Origin: an uncultured Alphaproteobacteria bacterium
Lineage (GTDB): Bacteria; Pseudomonadota; Alphaproteobacteria; Rickettsiales; UBA1997
Reading direction: 5' to 3'
DNA: 58,102 bases
NCBI GenBank assembly: GCA_903937405.1
Contig: CAIZZE010000032.1
Location: 1 to 58,102, forward strand
Positions 38,080-48,460 of the stretch are shown here, one piece after another (position 1 is the stretch's first letter; every line of letters begins with the position of its first letter). The translations under genes and the position numbers were made by a program. A model generated the notes under the pieces. It was not told where the DNA came from and searched no databases. It was given only the letters and a program-made list of their open reading frames with translations.

Positions 38080-39417
38080 TTAATTCTGTAAGCGCTTCAG
38101 AATTTCCTCGCGTTCAATCAAATTCACCAAAAATTTTAACTCCGGACCATGTTCTTTTCCGCTTAGAGCTAAACGAATTGGCATGAATAAATCTTTACCT
38201 TTGCGGTCAGTTTTTTTCTTGATTTCATTAAGCCATAAATTCCAGCAATTTTCATCTGTAGTATCTTGAGGAAGTAAAGACGCGGCTTCGCGTAAAAATT
38301 CCTTATCTGATTCTTTATTTTCAAAACGAAATTCGTGATTACAAATCGCAATCCATTCTTTTAATTCATGAAGAAAACTGATATTTAATTTAAGCGAATT
38401 CCAGAATTTTTCAGAAATTTCTTCGCTAATTTCTATTTCTTTTAAACGCTTTGAAACAGCCATAAAATCAAGGCTTTGCAGCAATTTTTGATTTATAGTC
38501 ATGAGTTCAGAAATATCATAATTTGTGGCAGATTTAGAAAATTTTGAAAAATCAAAATCGCGCACTAATTCATCAAAATCCTTATGGATTTTTAATTGGT
38601 CGGAAGTGCCGATTTGAGCAAGTAAATTCACGATTGCCATTGGTTCGTAACCATCATTGTGCAACGATTTAACATCAAATCCGCCTTCGCGTTTCGATAT
38701 TTTTCCATCCGACGCTTTCACCAAAGCTAAATGTGAAAAGCTGGGAGATTTAGCGCCCAAAGCTTCAAAAATCTGAATTTGAATTGCAGTATTGGTAATG
38801 TGATCTTCGCCGCGAATAATATCGGTAATTTCATAATCAACATCATCAACAACTGAACAAAAAGTATAAGTTGGAACGCCATTGTCGCGCACCAAAACCG
38901 GATCAGAAAAATGGCGGCCTTCGTAAGTAATTTTGCCCTTAATTTTGTCGTCCCAAGAAGTGATTTTATCTTCGAGCAAAAAGCGATAATGTGGTTTTAA
39001 ACCTTGGGCACGCAGTGATTCTTTTTGTTCTGGATTCAAGTTCAAAGCCGCGCGGTTGTAAATCGGAGAAATGCCAGAAGCAACTTGCGCCTTTCTTTGA
39101 AAATTCAAATCTTCGGCAGTTTCAAAACATTCATAAAGTCGGCCGCTTTCGATTAATTTATTTTTAGCTTCTTCATATTTTGCCAAATGATCAGATTGCT
39201 TGAAAAGCAAATCATAATGCAAATTTAGCCAATTCATATCGGTTAAAATCATTTCGCGATATTCATCACGCACGCGCTCCAAATCTGTGTCATCAAGCCT
39301 TAAGAAAAATTGTCCGCCGGTTTTTTTGGCGTAAAGATAATTGATGATTGCGGCACGAATATTTCCGACATGCAGAAAACCAGTTGGGGAAGGGGCGAAA
39401 CGAACTTTTATAGTCAT
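38080..39417 (-). CDS. gltX: Glutamate-tRNA ligase
   Basis: VRFAPSPTG.LHVGN, IIRGEDH, KISKR. Start set at ATG 39417. Confidence 0.96.
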   Translation of the reverse strand: MTIKVRFAPSPTGFLHVGNIRAAIINYLYAKKTGGQFFLRLDDTDLERVRDEYREMILTDMNWLNLHYDLLFKQSDHLAKYEEAKNKLIESGRLYECFETAEDLNFQRKAQVASGISPIYNRAALNLNPEQKESLRAQGLKPHYRFLLEDKITSWDDKIKGKITYEGRHFSDPVLVRDNGVPTYTFCSVVDDVDYEITDIIRGEDHITNTAIQIQIFEALGAKSPSFSHLALVKASDGKISKREGGFDVKSLHNDGYEPMAIVNLLAQIGTSDQLKIHKDFDELVRDFDFSKFSKSATNYDISELMTINQKLLQSLDFMAVSKRLKEIEISEEISEKFWNSLKLNISFLHELKEWIAICNHEFRFENKESDKEFLREAASLLPQDTTDENCWNLWLNEIKKKTDRKGKDLFMPIRLALSGKEHGPELKFLVNLIEREEILKRLQN

Positions 39418-39447
39418 GTTATTTTGATTTTTTCTGTTGTAGGTTTT

Positions 39448-39560
39448 TTGTTTCAAGTCCGAGTGGACCCCGTCGTGAAGACGGGGTGACAAATTCTGGG
39501 AGGATCTTCCAGCGCATGTCACCCCGTCTTCACGACGGGGTCCACTCGGACTTGAAACAA
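39448..39560. repeat. REP/RPE-like palindromic doublet (GTCACCCCGTCTTCACGACGGGGTCCA)
   Basis: Perfect 44-bp inverted repeat with a 25-nt spacer; each arm is itself a hairpin. Confidence 0.92.
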
Positions 39561-39568
39561 TGTATAAA

Positions 39569-39853
39569 TTACAGTTTGTAAGTAATATTTGGTTTATCAA
39601 TTTTCTTTTCCATCTTAGTTTCTAGGGGCTTCAACATTGCCTGTGTTTCATAATTGTCAGGCAAAAGAAATGTGCTGCCGCAATAATCGCAATATTTTTT
39701 AGGTTTGCGTTTGCGCCACATTGAATAAAAAAAGCCCGGAATTACTAAGGTTGACCATAATAAAAACTCAACAAAAGAGCTGCCGCGCTTTCCGGTTTTA
39801 ACCTCAAATTTGGCTGTGCAATCGCCGCAAATTAATTTTTCAGTGCTGCTCAT
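39569..39853 (-). CDS. Small membrane protein with CxxC-hydrophobic-CxxC layout
   Basis: CGDC...FLLWSTLVIPGFFYSMWR...CDYC; overlaps the RDD gene by 4 bp. Confidence 0.75.
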   Translation of the reverse strand: MSSTEKLICGDCTAKFEVKTGKRGSSFVEFLLWSTLVIPGFFYSMWRKRKPKKYCDYCGSTFLLPDNYETQAMLKPLETKMEKKIDKPNITYKL

Positions 39854-40320
39854 ATTTTTTTACCATGAAAGACTCGCGTGTTACAAATTAGATCATGAAG
39901 TGCGGTTTTTTCGGCGGTGAAAATTATTGGTAAATAGCCAAGTCCCAAAGTTGCGGCGCTAAATAATCCGGCAAGCGAGCGGGCGATTGCTTTGGCGGCG
40001 CTTAGTTTTGAGCCATCACGATTTCCAACATAAATTCCCATAATTCTTTTACCAAAAGTTGCCTGTTTTTTACTGGATAAAAAATAAGCAACGTAGGCGA
40101 TACTGACGGCGTAGGTTATATAATCAAAATAGCGGCTGTGAGAAGAGGCATTGAAATAGGAAAAATTTTGTAAGTTGGAGTGAATTTTGATTGATTGAAA
40201 ATCATCCATTCCGAAGAAGAAAAACAGAATTACAAAGATGGGCAAAAGAAATGCCATATCAAGCAATCCCGCGAAAACTCTAACCCAGAAACCAGCATAT
40301 ATTGGTTGTTCGATCGTCAT
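39850..40320 (-). CDS. RDD family membrane protein
   Basis: YAGFWVRVFAGLLD, QATFGK, ALHDLICNTRV. Confidence 0.92.
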   Translation of the reverse strand: MTIEQPIYAGFWVRVFAGLLDMAFLLPIFVILFFFFGMDDFQSIKIHSNLQNFSYFNASSHSRYFDYITYAVSIAYVAYFLSSKKQATFGKRIMGIYVGNRDGSKLSAAKAIARSLAGLFSAATLGLGYLPIIFTAEKTALHDLICNTRVFHGKKI

Positions 40321-40322
40321 AA

Positions 40323-41966
40323 TTAAATTGTAAATTTATTAGTCACCGGATAACGCCGATCGCGGTCGAACGACATCTCGGAAATTTTTGGACCCAAGCA
40401 AGATTGCTGGCGTTTATATTCGCTGCGATAAAAAAGATTAGCAATTTTTTCTACCAATTCTTGTTCAAAACCAAAAGCAATAATTTCTACAACCGAGCGT
40501 TTTTCCTCAATCAAATAAAATAAAATCTTATCTAAAATTTCATATTCGGGCAGCGAATCGCTGTCTTTTTGATTTGGTCGTAATTCTGCGGTTGGCGCTT
40601 TGGCGATAATATTTTGCGGGATCAAATTTTTGTGAGGAAAAATAGAAATATTAGGCACATTTTCATTGCGCCAATTGGCTAATTCATAAACTCGAGTTTT
40701 ATATAAATCTTTGATCGGATTAAAAGCGCCGCACATGTCGCCATAAAGCGTGGCGTAGCCGCAGGCTAATTCCGATTTATTGCCGGTTGAAAGTAAAAGT
40801 GCGCCAGAATTATTGGAAAGCGCCATTAAAATATTGCCACGAATGCGGGATTGTAAATTTTCTTTGGCTAAATCTGAAATCTCGCCCAGCGTGTAAAGCA
40901 TTGTGTCAAAAGTGCTTTCGATGGAAATAATTTTTAATTCTAAATCTAAATTATGACCGCAGGTTTTGGCATCAATCATTGAGGTTTCAGAATTGAAGCG
41001 GCTTGGCAAGGCGTAAAGGGCAACATTTTCCGATCCCAAAGCATCAACAGCCATTGTTGCAACTAGCGCCGAATCAATGCCGCCGGACATTCCCAGTAAA
41101 ACATTTTTGAAATTATTTTTTCTAATATAATCGCGCAGTCCTAAAACACAGGCTGAATAATCGTGCTCTTCTTCGCTTGGTAAAACTTCGGCAATCGGGT
41201 CTTTTATTTCGCCTTCTTTGTTGATTTCGATAATTGCATCATCTTCGCAAAAATCTTTAAGCTGTAAAACATTTTGACCTTGTGCATCCATTACAAATGA
41301 AGCGCCATCAAACACCAAAAAATCTTGGCCACCGACTTGATTTACGTAAATCAAAGGCTTGTTTAAAGTTTTGGTAAAATTCTGCGCAGTTTTGTTGCGA
41401 TATTCATGTTTTTTGGTGGAATAAGGCGAGGCATTAATCGCAATTGCGGCATCAAAAATTTGTTCCTGAAGTAGAAAAATATTTTTCGAATCCCAAAGAT
41501 CTTCGCAGATTAAAATTGCTAAAGTTAAACCACGAAATTCAACAAGGGAAAGAGTCTGGGAAGCCTCGAAATATCTGTTTTCATCGAAAACGCCATTATT
41601 GGGCAAAGTTTTTTTATTTATGATTTTTTTAACTTCACCATTTTCAATTAAGTAAGCAGAATTTTGGATTATTTCTTTTTTGGCGCGATTAAAAGTTAAT
41701 GTCGGAGCGCCCAATAAAATCGCGCATTTAGAGTTTTGAGAAATTTTGCAGATTTCTAAAATTTTCTTTTCAATTTCCCAAATAAAATATTTTTTTTGCC
41801 ATAAATCTTCGCATGGATAGCCGCAAAGTGCCATTTCGGGGAATATTACCAAATCGCATTGATGCTTTTCTGCCTTGTTAAATTCATGTAAAATTTTTTC
41901 ACAATTGCCGGAAAGATCGCCAATTGTTGGATTAATTTGTGCGAGCTGAATTTTTAAATTAGACAT
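40323..41966 (-). CDS. nadE: Glutamine-dependent NAD+ synthetase
   Basis: Nitrilase domain (FPE, ICEDLW) plus SGGIDS, ENLQSRIRG, TGNKSE. Confidence 0.96.
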   Translation of the reverse strand: MSNLKIQLAQINPTIGDLSGNCEKILHEFNKAEKHQCDLVIFPEMALCGYPCEDLWQKKYFIWEIEKKILEICKISQNSKCAILLGAPTLTFNRAKKEIIQNSAYLIENGEVKKIINKKTLPNNGVFDENRYFEASQTLSLVEFRGLTLAILICEDLWDSKNIFLLQEQIFDAAIAINASPYSTKKHEYRNKTAQNFTKTLNKPLIYVNQVGGQDFLVFDGASFVMDAQGQNVLQLKDFCEDDAIIEINKEGEIKDPIAEVLPSEEEHDYSACVLGLRDYIRKNNFKNVLLGMSGGIDSALVATMAVDALGSENVALYALPSRFNSETSMIDAKTCGHNLDLELKIISIESTFDTMLYTLGEISDLAKENLQSRIRGNILMALSNNSGALLLSTGNKSELACGYATLYGDMCGAFNPIKDLYKTRVYELANWRNENVPNISIFPHKNLIPQNIIAKAPTAELRPNQKDSDSLPEYEILDKILFYLIEEKRSVVEIIAFGFEQELVEKIANLFYRSEYKRQQSCLGPKISEMSFDRDRRYPVTNKFTI

Positions 41967-42928
41967 TGGGAATTATAAAATTTTTCAACTTCGCCGCGCA
42001 CATTTTGAGCGCCTTGAGTTACATTTATTTTAGCACGAAAATCGGCAGAACCTTTGAGGCCAGAACTATACCAGCCAATATGTTTGCGGGCGAGTGGGAT
42101 TGCAACTTGTTCTCCGTAATGTTCGATCATTTCGGCAAAATGATCCAAAACAATATTCATTTGCTCTTCGATTGGCGGTGCTGCGGCAACAATTTCGCCT
42201 TTTAATTCGGCGTTAATTTGACTGATAAGCCATGGTTTTCCGTAAACACCGCGACCAATCATTACGCCACTGGCACGCGATAATTCTAAAGCTTTTCTGG
42301 CATCATCTGAATTTTTAATATCACCATTGGCAATTACAGGAATTTTTACCGCATCGGTAACTTTAGAAATTTGCTCCCAATTAGCATTGCCATTATACAT
42401 TTGGCAACGTGTGCGCCCATGAACCGTAAGCATTTTAATGCCGACATCTTCAGCTTTTTTAGCCAGACTTGGTGCGTTTAAATTTTCATAATTCCAGCCT
42501 AAACGCATTTTCATAGTAACCGGAATTTGTACGGCTTTTACAACCGCTTCCATAATGCGAGTGGCTAAATCTTCGTCTTTCATCAAAGCACTTCCAGCAA
42601 AGCCGTTTACAACTTTTTTTACCGGGCAGCCAAAATTAATGTCAATAATATCGGCGCCTAAATCTTGGTTTAATTTTGCGGCTTCAGCCATAACTTCCGG
42701 ATCACAGCCGGCGAGCTGCACCGACATTGGATAAAGCGCTTCATCCTTCTGACATTTTTTCATTGATTCGCGGGTTTGCATAATCATGGCGCGCGACGCG
42801 ATCATTTCAGAAACTACCAAAGATGCGCCAAATTTTTTGACCAAACGACGAAAAGGCAAGTCAGTAACTCCTGACATTGGCGCGAGAATTACGTTATCTG
42901 GTAATGTTATTTTATCGATTTTGATCAT
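41954..42928 (-). CDS. dusB: tRNA dihydrouridine synthase DusB
   Basis: LAPMSGVTD, DINFGCP, VHGRT, ANGDI. Confidence 0.95.
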   Translation of the reverse strand: MIKIDKITLPDNVILAPMSGVTDLPFRRLVKKFGASLVVSEMIASRAMIMQTRESMKKCQKDEALYPMSVQLAGCDPEVMAEAAKLNQDLGADIIDINFGCPVKKVVNGFAGSALMKDEDLATRIMEAVVKAVQIPVTMKMRLGWNYENLNAPSLAKKAEDVGIKMLTVHGRTRCQMYNGNANWEQISKVTDAVKIPVIANGDIKNSDDARKALELSRASGVMIGRGVYGKPWLISQINAELKGEIVAAAPPIEEQMNIVLDHFAEMIEHYGEQVAIPLARKHIGWYSSGLKGSADFRAKINVTQGAQNVRGEVEKFYNSQCLI

Positions 42929-42937
42929 AAATTATTT

Positions 42938-43012
42938 TGGTGCTCCCGGCATGATTCGAACATGCGCGCATGGTTTAGGAAACCAATGCTCTATCCCCTG
43001 AGCTACGGGAGC
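42938..43012 (-). tRNA. tRNA-Arg(CCT)
   Basis: GCTCCCG acceptor stem, TGGT-TTCCTAA-ACCA anticodon arm, GCATG-TTCGAAT-CATGC T arm, CCA; 75 nt. Confidence 0.93.
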
Positions 43013-43039
43013 GGTTATTTTGTTAAGACGTTTGGTATG

Positions 43040-44347
43040 TTACTTCTTTTGTCCAACGTGAAAATATTCAAAACCAGAATCTTTCATTTTTTTAGCATCA
43101 TATAAATTACGTAAATCAAGAATCTTTTTCGATTTGGTAGCGTGTTTAATTTTTTCTAAATCTAGATCGCGATAATTGTCCCATTCAGTTGCAATCACAA
43201 TCAAATCGGCGTCTTTCATGGCGTCGAAAGCGTCATTAAAAAACTCAATATTTTTGAATTCCAAAAATTCTTGTCTGGAATTTGCAATTGCTTCTGGATC
43301 AGTTGCGGAAATTTTTGCGCCTTTTTTTAACAATTCTTTTGCAATCGCAATTGCTGGTGAATAGCGAATATCGTCGGTGTTTCCTTTGAAGGCTAAACCT
43401 AAAAGCGCGATTTTTTTGCCGTCAATTTTACCTTCCAAAATATCAGAAATTTTCTGAGTCATTTTAACCTTACGACTGGAATTGGAAGTGATTACCGAAT
43501 CAACAACTGATAAATCAACTTTGTTTTCTTTAGCCACATTCAAAAGTGCCAAAATATCTTTGGGAAAACATGATCCGCCAAAGCCCGGGCCGGGATTTAA
43601 AAACTTTTCGCCAATTCGTGAATCAAGACCAATTGCATGTGAAAGTTGTTTAATATTTCCACCTACAACCTCGCATAAATCAGCCATTTCATTAATGAAA
43701 GCGATTTTGGTGGCGAGGAAAGAATTGGCGGCATATTTAATTAATTCTGCCGTAACAATATCAGTTACAATCAGTTTTTCCGCGGCAAAAGCCTGATAAA
43801 TTTCAGCAAAAATTTGAGCTGATTTTTGATCTTCAACGCCAACCACGATGCGATCAGGATTCATAAAATCATCAATTGCAGCACCCTCGCGTAAAAATTC
43901 TGGATTTGAAGCAACTGCAAAATCCAATTGTGGATTAGTTTGGGCGACTAATTTTTTAATTTTCGCGCCGGTTCCGGCTAGAACTGTAGATTTGGTGATA
44001 ATTAATTTGTAAGAATCAGAAAGTTCAGCAATTTCTTTTGCCGCTGCTAAAACATGAGAAAGATCAGCGCTTCCATCTTCATCTTGTGGCGTTCCAACTG
44101 AGATAAAGACCGCATTTGAGCCTTTTAGAGCTGTTTTTAAATCGGTGGTAAAAGAGATTTTTTTTGCTTTAACCGAATTTTCCAAAAGCAATTCCAAACC
44201 CGGTTCAAAAATCGGGATTATTCCAGAGTTTAATTTGGTTATTTTGCTTTCATCCTTATCGACGCAGACAATTTCATGGCCAATTTTGGCAAAGCAAATT
44301 CCTGAAACTAGGCCAACATAGCCGCTGCCAATTACCGTGATTTTCAT
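43040..44347 (-). CDS. ugd: UDP-glucose 6-dehydrogenase
   Basis: GSGYVGL, NPEFLREG, GFGGSCFPKD. Confidence 0.95.
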   Translation of the reverse strand: MKITVIGSGYVGLVSGICFAKIGHEIVCVDKDESKITKLNSGIIPIFEPGLELLLENSVKAKKISFTTDLKTALKGSNAVFISVGTPQDEDGSADLSHVLAAAKEIAELSDSYKLIITKSTVLAGTGAKIKKLVAQTNPQLDFAVASNPEFLREGAAIDDFMNPDRIVVGVEDQKSAQIFAEIYQAFAAEKLIVTDIVTAELIKYAANSFLATKIAFINEMADLCEVVGGNIKQLSHAIGLDSRIGEKFLNPGPGFGGSCFPKDILALLNVAKENKVDLSVVDSVITSNSSRKVKMTQKISDILEGKIDGKKIALLGLAFKGNTDDIRYSPAIAIAKELLKKGAKISATDPEAIANSRQEFLEFKNIEFFNDAFDAMKDADLIVIATEWDNYRDLDLEKIKHATKSKKILDLRNLYDAKKMKDSGFEYFHVGQKK

Positions 44348-45285
44348 TTTGATCTTAAAATTTTAATTAATTTTTCTTCGAGTTCTAAAACGTCAACTGT
44401 GATATCTCTAAGTTCTAAATTTTTTTCTTCGCCGGACAAAGAATAGCAATCAATGCGATAATAATTTATTGCCATTCTTTCAGCAATTTCTGCAAAACAG
44501 GTTTTTTGCCAATCGATATTTACCAATTCCAATAAATAAGATTGTGGCTTGGAAAACATTGTATTTGTTATTCCAGCGCCATGTGGAGCAATAATATATT
44601 TTGCAAAATTCATAATTGAAATCTGTTCTAAGAAAGAAAAATTTTCCATGTAAACAGTTTTAAAGCCATGAGTGGAAAGCATCGCGGTTAATTCCTGTTC
44701 ATTAGAAATTTGGCGAGTGGTATTTTTTTTTGGGTTAGAACGGCTAATATAAATTCTTTCGCCGAAATTGGTTTTTAATTTTTCTAAATAATACGAAGTC
44801 AGTATTTTAGACGCTTCTTTCGGTTTTAAGAAATTAAAATAATCTGAAAAAGTGATATTGATGCAGGGAATAAAAGCGAGATTTTTTACTCGTAAATGTG
44901 ATTTCTCAGGAATGGTTTTAATATTGTTTTGGTTGAAACCAAAGGCTTCCAAGCTTTTTACTACAAAGTCAATTTTAAGATATGATTTTGGTAAAAGTAA
45001 AATTACTTTTGGAAATTCTTTTTTTAATTTCACCAATTTTGAAAGCGATTCCCACAGCCAATGACAATAATTTTTTGACCATTCATCGGTGATTAAAATA
45101 TAAGTTTTTCTAGGATTTGTAAAAATCGGGAAAAAATATTTTAAGCGAAATCCAAACTCTTGATATTTTTGATATTGAGGCTCGGCCACGCAGGATTCTT
45201 TAACCACTTTGCCTTTGTGTAAAATAACGGAGTTATTGGTTATTTTAGCATTTTTTAGCTTATGAATTGCAAAAATTCCGGTCAT
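44344..45285 (-). CDS. Glycosyltransferase family 61 protein
   Basis: NYCHW, RIYISR, MENFSFLEQI, IIAPHGAGITN. Confidence 0.85.
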   Translation of the reverse strand: MTGIFAIHKLKNAKITNNSVILHKGKVVKESCVAEPQYQKYQEFGFRLKYFFPIFTNPRKTYILITDEWSKNYCHWLWESLSKLVKLKKEFPKVILLLPKSYLKIDFVVKSLEAFGFNQNNIKTIPEKSHLRVKNLAFIPCINITFSDYFNFLKPKEASKILTSYYLEKLKTNFGERIYISRSNPKKNTTRQISNEQELTAMLSTHGFKTVYMENFSFLEQISIMNFAKYIIAPHGAGITNTMFSKPQSYLLELVNIDWQKTCFAEIAERMAINYYRIDCYSLSGEEKNLELRDITVDVLELEEKLIKILRSK

Positions 45286-46224
45286 TTATTTTTCCAAAAC
45301 TTTTTTGAAATATTGAATAGTTTTTTCTAAGCCTTTTTCAAGATCAACTTTTGGAGAAAAGTTAATTAAGTTTTTTGCTTTCTCAATCACTGGTTTGCGC
45401 TGCATCGGATCGTTTTGTGGTAAATCTTTGAAAATGATTTTTGATTTTGAATTAGTCATTTGCAAAACTTTTTGGGCTAATTCCAAAATAGTAAATTCGC
45501 CGGGATTGCCTAGATTAATTGGGCCAATTTCGCTGCCCGATAAATTCATGAAATTTATAATTCCATCTACCAAATCATCGACATAGCAAAATGATCTGGT
45601 TTGATCACCCTTGCCGTAAACCGTAATATCTTCACCTTGTAGCGCTTGAACAATAAAATTTGAAACCACGCGACCATCATTTACCGACATGCGCGGGCCA
45701 TAAGTGTTGAAAATGCGTATAACTCTGATTTCGGTGCCATATTGTTTGTGATAATCATAAAACAAAGTTTCTGCAACGCGTTTGCCTTCATCGTAGCAAG
45801 ACCTCGCGCCCATTGTATTTACATTGCCGAAATATTCTTCAGATTGCGGATGAACCAAAGGATCGCCGTAAATTTCTGAAGTTGAAGCTTGAATGATTTT
45901 AGCATTTACGTTGCGCGCTAATTCCAACATATTGATTGCGCCCATGACGCAGGTTTTTGTAGTGTGAACCGGATTATGTTGGTAATGCACCGGAGAAGCC
46001 GGACAAGCGAAGTTATAGATTTCATCAACTTCTAGATGAATTGGCTGCGTAACATCGTGGCGGATTGCTTCAAAGCGCGGATTGCTCATTAAATGTTCGA
46101 TATTTTTTTTGCTACCGCAGAAATAATTGTCGAGTGAGATTACGTCATTTCCTGCCGCTAAAAGTCTTTCACATAAAAAAGAGCCAAGAAAGCCGGCGCC
46201 GCCGGTTACTAAAATTCGTTTCAT
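45286..46224 (-). CDS. uxs: UDP-glucuronate decarboxylase (UDP-xylose synthase)
   Basis: [43 protein letters not shown]. Confidence 0.93.
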   Translation of the reverse strand: MKRILVTGGAGFLGSFLCERLLAAGNDVISLDNYFCGSKKNIEHLMSNPRFEAIRHDVTQPIHLEVDEIYNFACPASPVHYQHNPVHTTKTCVMGAINMLELARNVNAKIIQASTSEIYGDPLVHPQSEEYFGNVNTMGARSCYDEGKRVAETLFYDYHKQYGTEIRVIRIFNTYGPRMSVNDGRVVSNFIVQALQGEDITVYGKGDQTRSFCYVDDLVDGIINFMNLSGSEIGPINLGNPGEFTILELAQKVLQMTNSKSKIIFKDLPQNDPMQRKPVIEKAKNLINFSPKVDLEKGLEKTIQYFKKVLEK

Positions 46225-47600
46225 TAAACTGGAATAAAAATTGTTACACGAAGTCCGCCAAATGGTGAGTCGGAAAGTTTTATACGGCCGCCGTGAGAAG
46301 TGATAGCGTCCATCGCAATTGCCAATCCAAGTCCGGAGCCGCCTCCAGATGTGGATTGGGCGGCTTTTTTATCGAGGTTACGAGAATTGTCAATGCGATA
46401 AAAAGGCTTAAACACATTGTTGCGCTCATTTTTAGGAATTCCCGGACCATTATCATCAATTGAAATAATCAGGTTATTATCGGAAAGAGAAGCAGTCAAA
46501 CTAACGAGGCTTCCGTAATTAAAAGCATTGTCGATCAAGTTAACCAGAGCGCGCTTCAAGGCTAGTTTTTTCACTGGTATTTCGAGATCATCTTTGAGGT
46601 TTAAAAAGCCATCAATTCGTTTATTCATTTTGTTATAATAATTGATGATTTTTTCCTGCAGGAATTTTTTGATCTCGATCAAATTGCTTTTTTCCTTATC
46701 ATCAGAGCGGGCGAAATCGAGATATTCATCTACCAACTTTTCCATATCAGAAATATCACTTTTTAAATCCTCGGTTTCTTCGGATTTTTGCATCATTTCC
46801 AATTGTAATTTCATGCGGGTTAAGGGAGTTCGCAAATCGTGAGAAACGCCGGATAACATGTCTGTTCGCTGAGTAATTTGGCGCATTACGCGCTCTTTCA
46901 TTTTAATAAAAGAAATTGCTAGCGAGCGGATTTCTTCTGAACCGTGAGGCTTGATATTTTCTACATTTTGTCCACGTCCAAATTTTTCAGCAATGTCTCG
47001 TAATTCTCGGATTGAACGAATTTGATTGCGCAAGAAAACTATCGAAATGAAGGAAGTTATGAGTGCGGTTAAAATCATCCAAAATGTAAAAACATAAGAA
47101 CTGGAACTGGTGATTTTTTTGATTGGAACATCGTAAGAAATCAAGCCTTGCTTGGTTTGAACTTTAACGATGATAAAATCATCATCATCTGGGCTTTCAA
47201 AAATTTCGTAAGGTTTTAAGCCGTGACTATCAAGTTCTGATTTCAGGCGGTTGTAAGGATCAACTAATGGATCAATATAATCGTAAATTTTATTCTGGCG
47301 CCAATTACTATCGCCAATTTTTTTCTTTTTTAAACGGCGTCTTTCCTCGAAAGAAAAATGTAAACTCACATTTTGGGAAAAATCCTGTAAAAGACTTTCA
47401 TATTCTGGTTTGTTGACTGACTTTTTGATGAAGACCATTTCTTCAACAATGTTGCGAGCCATGTGTTTACTGATTACGTCAAGATGTGTAAAATAAAAAA
47501 CGTAAATCGAAACCAGTTGCACGATCAAAATCGGCACCACGATGATCAGCAAAAATCTTCCATAAAGTGAACGGGGAATGAATTTTTTGAATCTCATCAA
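46224..47600 (-). CDS. EnvZ-like sensor histidine kinase
   Basis: PRSLYGR, two TMs, [24 protein letters not shown]. Confidence 0.9.
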   Translation of the reverse strand: MMRFKKFIPRSLYGRFLLIIVVPILIVQLVSIYVFYFTHLDVISKHMARNIVEEMVFIKKSVNKPEYESLLQDFSQNVSLHFSFEERRRLKKKKIGDSNWRQNKIYDYIDPLVDPYNRLKSELDSHGLKPYEIFESPDDDDFIIVKVQTKQGLISYDVPIKKITSSSSYVFTFWMILTALITSFISIVFLRNQIRSIRELRDIAEKFGRGQNVENIKPHGSEEIRSLAISFIKMKERVMRQITQRTDMLSGVSHDLRTPLTRMKLQLEMMQKSEETEDLKSDISDMEKLVDEYLDFARSDDKEKSNLIEIKKFLQEKIINYYNKMNKRIDGFLNLKDDLEIPVKKLALKRALVNLIDNAFNYGSLVSLTASLSDNNLIISIDDNGPGIPKNERNNVFKPFYRIDNSRNLDKKAAQSTSGGGSGLGLAIAMDAITSHGGRIKLSDSPFGGLRVTIFIPV

Positions 47601-47675
47601 AGAAATAAATGTTAATTTAGAAATGAAAAAATATTTTGTTTGGCAGTTCTTAAATCTCTTCTACAAATCGCAGTC

Positions 47676-48434
47676 ATGACCAGCAAAATTTCAGCAAAAA
47701 ATATCAATTTATTCTACGGCCAAAAACAAGCTTTATTTGACATTAATTTGGATTTTAAAGAACACAGTGTCACAGCTTTGATCGGGCCTTCAGGATGTGG
47801 AAAATCATCCTTCTTGCGTTGCATCAATCGCATGAATGACACTATTTTGGGTTGCAAAATCGAAGGCGAAATAACGCTCGATGGCCAAAATATTTATAAT
47901 CAAAACCTAGATCTGGTGCTGCTTCGCGCTTCTGTCGGCATGGTGTTTCAAAAGCCAAATCCTTTTCCAAAATCAATTTATGAAAATGTGGCTTACGGGC
48001 CAAGAATTCATGGTCTTTTTCAAAATAAAAAACAGCTCGATGAAATTGTTGAAAGCAGTTTGACCAAAGCTGGTTTATGGAAAGAAGTTAAAGATCGTTT
48101 GAATGATCAAGCCAGCGGACTTTCTGGTGGGCAACAACAACGTCTGTGCATTGCACGTACAATTGCAATTGAACCGGAAGTGATTTTGATGGACGAGCCT
48201 TGTTCGGCGCTTGACCCGATCGCTACCGCAAAAATTGAAGAATTAATCGATGAATTAAAAGATAATTTTACAATCATTATTGTTACACACTCAATGCAGC
48301 AAGCGGCGCGTGTTTCAAACATGACGGCGTTTTTCAACATGGGTAAAATTGTTGAATATGACACGACGGATAAAATTTTTACTAATCCGAATAATCAGCA
48401 AACGCAGGATTATATCACCGGCAGATTTGGTTAG
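47676..48434 (+). CDS. pstB: Phosphate ABC transporter ATPase
   Basis: [41 protein letters not shown]. Confidence 0.97.
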   Translation: MTSKISAKNINLFYGQKQALFDINLDFKEHSVTALIGPSGCGKSSFLRCINRMNDTILGCKIEGEITLDGQNIYNQNLDLVLLRASVGMVFQKPNPFPKSIYENVAYGPRIHGLFQNKKQLDEIVESSLTKAGLWKEVKDRLNDQASGLSGGQQQRLCIARTIAIEPEVILMDEPCSALDPIATAKIEELIDELKDNFTIIIVTHSMQQAARVSNMTAFFNMGKIVEYDTTDKIFTNPNNQQTQDYITGRFG

Positions 48435-48460
48435 AACCTGTTCAATCGATTTTCATTTAA

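Noticed and set aside
48431-48447. TTAGAACCTGTTCA resembling the glnA MITE TIR at the pstB stop
   Set aside because: Short match with no partner inverted end found.
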